DNA from: Rhina ancylostomus
Taxonomy: Eukaryota
Direction of reading: 5' to 3'
Assembly: GCA_030265395.1 (NCBI GenBank)
Contig: JARFYF010000056.1
Coordinates: 13,220,926-13,284,925, forward strand
DNA length: 64,000 nucleotides
Shown: positions 1-51,598 of the stretch, piece after piece
Numbering within the stretch: position 1 is the stretch's first letter
How the letters are laid out: the number at the start of each line of letters is the position of its first letter
Program-made: the position numbers and the translations under genes
Notes under the pieces: generated by a model
What the model saw: the letters and a program-made list of their open reading frames with translations, nothing else
Databases searched by the model: none
What the model was told of the DNA's origin: nothing

Positions 1-354
1 CCATATCAGAAAGAAGGCTTATCTGGTTTATAGCACATTGCCTTCTAGGGGAGTTTTCTGGNNNNNNNNNNNNNNNNNNNNNNNNNNNNNNNNNNNNNNN
101 NNNNNNNNNNNNNNNNNNNNNNNNNNNNNNNNNNNNNNNNNNNNNNNNNNNNNNNNNNNNNTTCTGGATGCAATTTGGCTGCTGTGTACTCTACATTTCA
201 AAAGCACTTAATTGAATGGTTTCCTTTTATATTTTTTCTTTGCATAATCAGACTGCAATACTACATGGGCCACAATAGCAAAACGTTACACAAAGAAACT
301 TAATTTTAACTGCCTTATTATTTCAAAACCATCTGAGAAATTTCCTTTGTTTCC

Positions 355-560
355 CCTATTCACCCTCCCCCATCTTCTCTACTGCTTTGACAAACGTGCT
401 TCTGTCTTGTGTCTTCGTTTCTATATATTTGTCAGTTCCGATGAAGGGTCCTGGACCTGAAACGTTAACTGTTCTCTTTCTACAAATGCTGTTTAATCTG
501 CTGAATTATTTTTTTCCAGTAGTTTCTGTTTTTATATCAGATTTCCAACATCTGCAGGAT
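355..560 (+). mobile_element. Penelope-like terminal repeat remnant carrying a hammerhead-like motif
   Basis: ccgatgaagggtcctggacctgaaacgttaac...cagatttccaacatctgcag; the same family recurs about 10 times in the window. Confidence 0.7.
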
Positions 561-764
561 ATTTTTTTTATTTTTATTTAAAGTTTAAGGCAATGTTTTG
601 CGGAGCTGACCTCACAGGGCAACATTGTGCCTGCTCTTGGGTTCCTCCTAGAGGAGTGACACTGGTTGGTGACTTCCTGAACCCAATCTGTATTGGAGGC
701 GAAGACAGGACGGATTCATTGAGTTACAGTGTTTTGCAGCTTAGAAATAGGCCCAGAGACAAAT

Positions 765-1045
765 TAATTTTTATTCCAAAAATAAACTTTATTCTTAAAA
801 GTATATACAGGAAATATACAATCAGTACATGTCTTTCTTTACATTCATTGTGTTATCAAAACAATACATTTTATTTACAAAGTACCATGCCTCTGAACAA
901 TACCGTGAACAATCAGGTATTTGTGGAGCTGTTTCACTGGAGCAGCCCTTCAGTGTCCAACGACGGCGGTACCTTAGTTAGCAGCCCTTCACCAAAAGCC
1001 TTAATGGTCTGTGGCTCTAACTGGTGGCACGTCAGAAGGTCATAA
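765..1045 (-). mobile_element. 3' end of an L1/Tx1-like LINE
   Basis: Minus strand ends gaataaagtttatttttggaataaaa, preceded by a degenerate KA.WG...* ORF2-like terminus. Confidence 0.5.
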
Positions 1046-1333
1046 ACCTTTGTACTTGTCGACTGTTAGCATTTAATTGCAATGCCACATCAGATCATTC
1101 AGCCCTGTCTTTGCTATCTGGCACTGGGACAATTAAGATGCGATCGCACGGGCCAGTTGTACTACAACATGTCTAGTACAACAGGCTTGCCTGGTTCTGT
1201 AAACTACCTAAACTCTTCNNNNNNNNNNCCCTCGCTGAAAGTGAGATAAGGGGCTCCACAGGAAAGTTTTAGTATTTCTTGCAGTTATCACGTAGAACTG
1301 TAGTTTGAAATCCACGGGCACAGAATGTTGAAG

Positions 1334-1367
1334 TGGATTCTACGCTGGATTCAACGCTGGATTCAAG
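1334..1367. repeat. 12-bp tandem repeat, about 2.8 copies
   Basis: tggattctacgc tggattcaacgc tggattcaag. Confidence 0.85.
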
Positions 1368-1499
1368 AGTAGTCGGAGAAACGTTTTGTTAATAATTAAT
1401 GATATGAGTTTTTAATGAAAGCACTCCACTTCATTTGAATATAAAGGTCATTCTACTTTTATTTAATCAACCTTAGTTTTTATGTAATGTAAACTCTGT

Positions 1500-1793
1500 A
1501 TTGATTGTCTGATCCAATCCGGTGTTCGGGGAAATCCAGACCACTTTTGGGAGGCTGCAGGAGGCGCCTCACTACAATGGTGACATCATGGCCAGTCCGA
1601 GAGGGCGGGTTCGATTGCCGTGACTGGCAGCCACATCCCATTTATGATTTAGCCACGGCTTGGTATTGCCAGTGAGTGGAGAGAGTTGAGAAGGATCCTG
1701 CTTTAGTAGTCGTGTTTACATTCCCCCTGACACACGAAGGGAGGAATGGCTTGTCTCTTGTCAATTTAAGAGGAGTCAGCGCCAGCCTTTCCC
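1500..1793 (+). promoter_or_regulatory. Probable promoter/5' UTR of this RALGDS first exon
   Basis: Local CpG enrichment over background, CCAAT 1514-1518, palindrome GAGGCGCCTC 1561-1570, GC box GGGCGG 1603-1608; lies directly upstream of the ATG. Confidence 0.55.
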
Positions 1794-44063
<42,270 letters not shown>

Positions 44064-45345
44064 CTCCTCTGAGTGGGACCAGTTGCCTGGATCATCCTAA
44101 TGTTATAAATGTTAAAAAAAAATTTCAGTGTTACCGATAAATGTGCAATATTTTCTGTGACTAAGACTACTGAAAGTATCCTACTACCAGCATCCATTCA
44201 GTTTTACTTTTGAGAGACTGAAAGGCATTAAACTTTATGGAGCTGAGAAGGAAGAGTGCAAGGTGGGCATAGGATCAGTTTGGGTGAAGGTTAAGTGTTC
44301 TTCCCCGTGATGGTACATTGAAGATCATGTGATCAGCAAAGTGACTCAGAATGCATCATCCACCTGGAGCAATGGTGGGAATGTAAGAAGATGGAACTAC
44401 CTTTCTATTATATGGCTGATTGAAGCATAAGCTGCAGAGACTAGTTCTCCATGAAGTCTGTACCATTGTCCTTCAGCACCTGCAAGCAGCTGGCTTTGCC
44501 CAGAATGTCAGAAGTTATTAAAATGCAAAGAGAACACTAAATCTATCATTAAAATATCAGAACTGTTGGTCCTTCAGTTATGGAACACTTGCCCCTGTGG
44601 CTTACCAATTACCTGCAGTCATAATGAAACACAAGGTCCACCCTGAACTTCAGTGAGCAAAGTTTAAAAGTGGTTGCTCTAGGACAGGTATGAGTGACTC
44701 TTAATTCTGTGAGAAGAGGTCCCCATTTTAAAGGCTGTCTGGCATCAAAAGGATCTCCTCTTGTTCCACAATAAATATTAAAAAGCCTTCCTAAGGTTTA
44801 TCCAATAAAATGTTGTGGGGAATTCCAAGAATTTCAATCCCACATCTCTTTTTCCTGGTCAGACCAAAGACTGGAAGACATCTGGCTTATGACAGTGCAG
44901 AAACACATGGCCAACAGTCAATGATTCATTATTACGATTAAGAAATGATTCCACCCCTTACTGAATAGTTCGGCTGGAACTGACAGAATTGTACAGTTAT
45001 AATCTGAGCCATTCTTTGGCTGATATGAGAAACTTTTTTTAATTTGCAAATAATACAACTCATTTTCAAATGAATTGTGTTGATTTTTTTTTAAAGCTTG
45101 TTTTGTACAAAAAAGCACTTGAATCTTTTTTGGGGGCAATATTTATTCATTGTACAGACATTGAGTAGAATTGTAAATTTCTTACTGTTGAATATGATCT
45201 AATATATTGACTTGTTATTTGTATGCTGTTGCTGTTTGCTCAATGGGTCTTTTCTTGTCTGGTGAGATGTGTTGTCTTTGTTACATTTTTGTATATTGTA
45301 AAAAGAGGGAAGATCATGAATATAGCTTCAAACAAGATCTGTTCT
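44064..45345 (+). other. RALGDS: RALGDS 3' UTR (extent estimated)
   Basis: AATAAA at 44770 and 44804; AU/UGUA-rich block at 45030-45300; variant AATATA at 45319 followed by a GU-rich tract. Confidence 0.55.
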
Positions 45346-47004
45346 TCTGGCTGTTTATATGTGGCTTCTAGTCAGTCAAGGCCAGTGGCTGGTATTGCTT
45401 GTCACCAGCCTTTGTCATTGCATTCTTCCAGGAGCTGGCTGCACACTACTTGCAAATGGCCACCCTTCATTCAAGGCAGTGCCTGTTTACTTCACCTTGG
45501 ACACATGGCATGCCAACCCCACACTGCCCTTACTTCACTGGTGTGTTTCTTTGCTCCAGCTTTGAGTTAAGACTGATGTAATTCCAGAGCTTTCAGCAGA
45601 TCTCTAATCTCAATGCATCTCATCTGCAACTGCATGAACTATATTGGTGGCAGGATCCAGGTCTAATACTAACTAACTGAATGCTAACTTCATGTACTAC
45701 CACATTATCAAAATCAAATCCCATTTTGTTTCTGCACAGGAGGCCCCACAGCCTACAGAAAGTGGTTTACATTCTGTTATTTTTATCTCTCCTGCTGGTC
45801 ACAGGCTCCCCAGGAGTAATATGCACAGAGTCTCTGACTCGCTCTGCAAGTCTCCTACAATGCCAGTGTGAAGCCAACTGCACACTCTCTACCATTCTGC
45901 TTGAAGGATTAGACTGGAAACTTACTACACGTTTAAACCGACAACCTGCCAGTCCTGTGTTTAGTTCAGTAACCATTCAACTAAGCCCACTGCCATTGTG
46001 TAACTTTTGCTTTAACCATACTCAATGTGACAAATTCTTGTCAGGACATGAGTCTGCTGTTTGGATCATCTGTTCCCCAGGCAGAAAGGCTCCTTGCACC
46101 TGCTATTCCCAATGGTCTCCCATCTGAGAACTGACCAGGCCTGAATTTGCACACCTTCCATCCTAATTGTCAGCTGATGTGTTTGAGCTCATCTCCAGAG
46201 TGGGACCTGAACCAACAACCTTCCAATTCAGAAACAAGGACTTTCCCCTGTTCCAGGTCTGATATCTAGGATCTAGGCTATATTCCTCTAGAACTACCCA
46301 GCTCCAGTCATTACAGCCTTGGTCCAAATGTGGACCAAAACAGCATGACTGCCCTTAAACGGCAAGGGAGCCCTTAATTGAGTGTGATGTTCAGGCACTA
46401 AAGCAGAAGACAATGGGAATCAGGAGAAACTTTCCATCAGCTATAGTCACATCACAGCAGGAAAGATCACAGTATTTGTAAGAGAATCAATCTTAGTTCC
46501 TGGACAACACTGCAGGAGTTCCACAAGGTACTGTCCTGGGCCTAACTATCATCAATGACATTCCATCACACAGTCAGAAGTAGGACACTTACTGATAAAT
46601 CATACAATGTTAACTTCCCTTCCCAACTCTTCAGAAGCCTGCCTGCATGCAGCAATACTTGGACACCATTCAAACTTGGCACCATCTGCACATCAACCCA
46701 GGCTGGCAGCATCAGTAACTTCCGCTCATTAACAAAAAGCAGCAAAGGAAGAAAGAAACCTCCTTCAAGTCATAGCAGGGAATGATATTAAAGGGTCCTC
46801 TGGTGTGATCATACATCAACAAAGCAGATGGCAAGATTCTAATCACTTGGATTTTTTTAAAAATGCTAGTAACTGGAATAATCTGCATCACTAAATACAG
46901 AATAAACACCACATAGCCTACATTAGCACAGAGTGGAGTGTTTTATGTTTTCAGAGGTACTTCAAGATACCATTTAAATGCAGAGACTAAATTGCACAAC
47001 ATCT

Positions 47005-47018
47005 GTTGCCATGGAAAC
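47005..47018. promoter_or_regulatory. RFX X-box motif
   Basis: GTTGCCATGGAAAC (reverse complement GTTTCCATGGCAAC) matches the canonical X-box. Confidence 0.55.
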
Positions 47019-47699
47019 ACTGTTTGGTCGTGAATCTTGCTGCACCATTTGCTCTGAATATCTTTATTGTGTCAGTTCTAAACAGAGCACACAACATAGA
47101 AAAGTCCAGATTCTTCAGGGGTGCAAGGTGGATAGGAGGAGATTTGGCTACCTGTTACACACCTCTCAATCTCACCCCTTCACACACATATATATTCCTT
47201 GCATACAAAAAAGATGCACATATGCATGCATGAACGTTTACTCTGCTAGACTCCGCAATATTCCACCAGCACACATATTCCCTTCCCTCCCCTTTCAGCA
47301 TTTTCAAGGGACTGTTCCCTTTGCCATTCCCTATTCTGTTCTTCAATCCACACCAACGGTTCTCCATCTTACAGCACTTTTCCAAGCAACAACACACCCA
47401 TTGCACTCAAATCCTCTGCCTTATAAAGCTTGTCTGGCCAGTACCTAGGGTCAATTCCACTGCCCTTTGCCAAGGCACTCTTTTACGTGCACTGGAAAGA
47501 GCCAAGTGGGACCTCAGTTTAAAAACCACATCTCTTACAGTACAGGAACCCCACAATTGTAAGGAGTCTGTCAGGACCTTTGTGTTCATGTTTCATGGCT
47601 TAGACTCAAAAGTGCTAGTAAGCTAGCCATAGGTAACACAAGGCAGCCCCACAAGCAATCACCTCACTCACTCTGAGAGGCAGCAAATCCTACCTTAAG

Positions 47700-48142
47700 A
47701 AGTTCAAAGTCAAAGTTGAGTTTATTGTCATATGCACAAGTACGTTGAAATACGTACTTGCAGCAGCATCACAGGCACATAGCATCATAATGGCAACATT
47801 CACAAGAAGAAAACAAAACACAATTAGAACAAAAAAAAGTCCATTTTAGTGTAAAGTGATAAGATTNNNNNNNNNNNNNNNNNNNNNNNNNNNNNNNNNN
47901 NNNNNNNNNNNNNNNNNNNNNNNNNNNNNNNNNNNNNNNNNNNNNNNNNNNNNNNNNNNNNNNNNNTGTCAACATTCACAAGAAGAAAACAAAACACAAT
48001 TAGAACAAAAAAAAGTACATTTTAGTGTAAAGTGATAAGATTGGTCTTAGTGTTGCTACACTGCAGTGGTGATTAAGGTTTTGCCTGTTGGTTCAAGAAT
48101 CAAATGGATGAAAGGAAATAGCTGTTCTTGAACCTGGTGGCA
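47700..48142 (-). mobile_element. Rex1/Babar-type LINE 3' end
   Basis: Minus strand reads TRFKNSYF..., and the tail ends tgacaataaactcaactttgactttgaac. Confidence 0.75.
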
Positions 48143-48363
48143 GCTTGTATTATTCTCTGTAAAACACTTTGCGGGGGCTCAGCAAATTCAAGTCTGTAGG
48201 AGAAAAAAGGAAAGAGGGTAAAGCTGATACAGCTAGGTAAGGAAGGCTAGCCAGAGGCTCAAGCAGAGGTAAACCCAGCAGGGTCTGATAGGACTGTCTG
48301 TACTGTGTACTCTGTACCTCCATGTAAAGGTTTAAACCCAAGAACTGATGCAAACAGGAAGCT

Positions 48364-48380
48364 GCTGCCATCTATTGGTG
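48364..48380 (-). promoter_or_regulatory. CTCF-like motif between the convergent genes
   Basis: GCTGCCATCTATTGGTG (reverse complement CACCAATAGATGGCAGC) is close to the CTCF core CCACTAGATGGCAGC. Confidence 0.5.
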
Positions 48381-48649
48381 AAAACCAGGACAAAGAATTT
48401 GGCCAATTTTCACACAGCAAAAAAAAACTTTTCTAAAATCACAGTGTGACTTTCCCATCAAGTTTCAGGAAGGTCAGAGAGCTGAGGTCTGCCCGACTTG
48501 TTGGTCTTCAAGTACTACAAGGTGTCCTTAAGGAAAGCTGCTGCTTGGGATGATACAAACTTCAATAAATGTGGATACATATTAAACAATATTAATGCAC
48601 TTAAATAACATACATCTATATGGACATGCTAAATACTGTTCTAATACAC

Positions 48650-48940
48650 ACGATGCTAAGGGATGCACTGAACCTTGGTGCAGCCAATGTGGGGAAGGAC
48701 TACTGTCTAAGGTCCTGCTGCCATTGAGGAGCCAAGCCCCATGTAAAAGCTTTACAGGCACTTGAAGTTTGTATCGTACGAAGAGGCCATGAGTGGCAAT
48801 GTTGCTCTGTACACAGAATGTGCTAATATTAAAACATATAGAACCGATAATACCAAGTAAAGACTGAACAACACAATGAATGTAAATAAGTCTTCTGTAT
48901 TTCTTGTACATATTTTATGAATAAAATTTGAAATTAAAAG
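48650..48940 (+). mobile_element. 5'-truncated L1/Tx1-like LINE 3' end
   Basis: MLRDALNLGAAN..WGRTTV* ORF2-like terminus, then ttttatgaataaaatttgaaattaaaa. Confidence 0.7.
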
Positions 48941-50459
48941 TCTTCCTAATATACACTTCCCATTTTTCAAGATTAAATTCCATCTTTCATATCTCTGCCC
49001 ACCTTACTAACTGATCAATATCATCATGTAGCCAAAGACTACCCTCCTCTGTATCCACACCACCATCAATCTTCACATTTTCTGTGAACTTACTAAATCA
49101 TACTGCTACATTCACATCCAGATTGCTAATGTATCCAACAGACAGCAATCTCTATAGTGTACTACTGGTCACAAGCTTCAAATCACAAAAACAACCCTCA
49201 ACCATCAACCCATGTCTCCTATTACCATGCCAAATTCAGATCTAATTGGCCTGGATCCCATAGGAACTTACCTTAAGGACCAGTCTCCATCCATGTACAC
49301 TACATCAATAACTGCACTACCCTTGAAAGATTCAATCAGATTTGAATATGACTTTTTAAAAAAATCAACTTCCAGTTTGTCATCAGCAGCCTTTGTATAA
49401 TTCCTAGATGGTTGCAGTCCACTGTGTCTGGTGTGGATGGAACAATGGTCTTCATTGTGATCCTACTTGGGAAGTTAAGGTACATTATACCACAGACAGC
49501 TGTAGTAAATAGCTCTATTTTGAAAGGGCACCTTAAAGCATTGAACAGAGACTGCAAAATCTGGTCTCCTAACAGCATTTCTATGCTAGAAAAGGGAAAC
49601 ACAACAAGAGTCTGCCAGTCAAGTCATGGGTAGAGGACCAGAATTGTAGGAAAGGGACATGTGGCCATAAATAATCAACTGGTTTGTCTTAGTTCTGAAC
49701 GCAGAGATGGAGCCCATAAATGAAATAAATGAAACAAGAAATTAAGTAAATATCTGTTTCTCAGAACAAGCAGTAACCTTCTCCATGGCACAGTTGAATC
49801 TCAATAGCCCTTTTTTCATTGCCATGATCATTTGCCAAGCAGTCTTGGCAATTCTTTTTTTGAAAGTGGTCATGACTTGGAGGCAAGCAGCAAGTTCATA
49901 TCTCCACACTCACACAGGCCTGTTCTGCATTGTGGGGGTGAAAACGAGACTGTTTGACAAAGCCACAGACATCTGTGAACCAGACTTGTTATATTTACTC
50001 TTTTTCATTTATGTGCAACAGGGCAATATTTCAACATGCATATGGACTAACCTAGCGATGGAACCCAGATGTCTACAAATATCACAGTTTCTGTATTGGC
50101 CTTTTCCAAATTCAGGCCAATCCAAATGCAGCAGACTCCTCCATCCTACTCCCTTACCAAAAAAATCATTCAAATCTCCTCTTCCGCTAGATGAGAGAAA
50201 GCCGAATAGTCCCAGTATCTTAAGTCTCTCCTTTTAACTGCAACTTGCCATTCCTGTCATCTGCCTGGAGAATCTGTGCCTTACCGTTTCTATGTTTTGT
50301 CTGCCAGTATCTTCATCCCCCATCACCTCACAATGGTAGATGGCTTTGTCTCAGCTATGACAAAAAATATTTTATAGAAATTTATTGTGGCTTCTTTCCT
50401 CTACTCCCACTTATAAAAGTGCTGAATGGTTAACAGTATACAGTCAAATGCAGAATAAA

Positions 50460-50880
50460 GCCCTCCCTCACCCTCTTGTCGTTACAACAGTCTCAGTTCC
50501 AAATACAGAAGGGCAGTAAATGTGTCGATGAGAATGTGAGAAATTTTGCAGGCGACACTCCTAGTTATGCTGAATCACAGACCTCTTCAACCAGTGAACA
50601 TAGTAGTTGAGTATCTGCTTCAATCAGCCTGCCAATGCAGAATCCAGTCTTCCGCTATTTTGATTCATTCCACACAGGATACAGCAAAACCATGGGATGT
50701 GATAACATCCCAGTTGTGGCATTGAAGAGCCCCTGAACTAGCCTCACTTGTAACTGTTCCAGTACATTTACAATGCTATCTGCCCGGCACTGTCAACAAT
50801 TGCACAGACATCTCTATCCACAAAAGACAGGAGTAATCCAGTCAATCCTTTGGTTATCATCCAATCTGATTACTTAGAAT
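50460..50880 (+). mobile_element. Degenerate CR1/L2-clade RT fragment
   Basis: DTAKTMGCDNIPVVALK...HKRQE resembles the KA.GPDNIP...HKK start of LINE RT. Confidence 0.7.
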
Positions 50881-51369
50881 CAGGGGAGCCCACAGGTTAC
50901 TAGTGGGGCCTGATGTTGTACTCTGGTTCCACGTAGCCCCACAAAAAAATTAAAAATACACCTAATTTTGGGATTCCTGTTGTGAACCCTCCCTTTGGCT
51001 TCTGATGGAGATCCAAAACACCTCTTCAGGTTAAGATAGAAACCCACAGAAAGACAGTGGGATTGGATCATCATTTGGGACATTTTAACTGGCTTCCTGC
51101 TCACTTTCTTCAAGGCAGGTAGGGTTTAAAAATAGAAAACTGCTTTAATCTGTGGAACCTGCCCATTAGTACTGCTACCAACATCAACAAAATGCAATAT
51201 GATAGAACTGTCCACTGAAGCCAATTGCAACAAAAAGTATTGTCCAACGGTCAGGTGAACTGCTGCCTTGCAAGTTACAGTCTGAACAACTTGCTTAAAA
51301 ATCAGCTATTGTAGTCATTGTCACAATGAAGACTAGAGCAATGAATTATTTTCTTAAAATAAAAGTTAT

Positions 51370-51375
51370 TTTATT
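51370..51375 (-). terminator. Putative CFAP157 polyadenylation signal (AATAAA on -)
   Basis: TTTATT on + at 51370-51375, downstream of the stop at 51500. Confidence 0.55.
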
Positions 51376-51499
51376 TTTTCAAAAACGTAACCAAATCAGT
51401 GGCCAGGAAAGAATAAATTCTCTTAAAAGGCATTGATCGTTTAAAAATCCAAGTTTAACTACAAAAAAATTCCATTTTTTAACCAGGTCACTCTGAGAT

Positions 51500-51598
51500 T
51501 TAACTAACTGGCTTGCAAACTTGGTCTTGGAGGCAGTATGCCGCAGTGATTTTGGGCAGGATTGAGTTCTGCACTCCCTTATCTTCAGTAGCCGAATC
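51500..51598 (-). CDS. CFAP157: CFAP157 probable last coding exon
   Basis: ttatttacag|DSATEDKGVQNSILPKITAAYCLQDQVCKPVS*; phase 0 fits; minus-strand AATAAA about 125 nt after the stop. Confidence 0.75.
   Translation of the reverse strand, partial: DSATEDKGVQNSILPKITAAYCLQDQVCKPVS

Noticed and set aside
593-1045. 150-aa plus-strand ORF
   Set aside because: Overlaps the antisense AT-rich 3' end of an L1/Tx1-like fragment; no recognisable protein.
45223-47626. Several 100-156 aa ORFs downstream of RALGDS
   Set aside because: No splice-consistent structure or homology; they lie in UTR, intergenic DNA and LINE remnants. No PTRH1 or CEL exons recognised.
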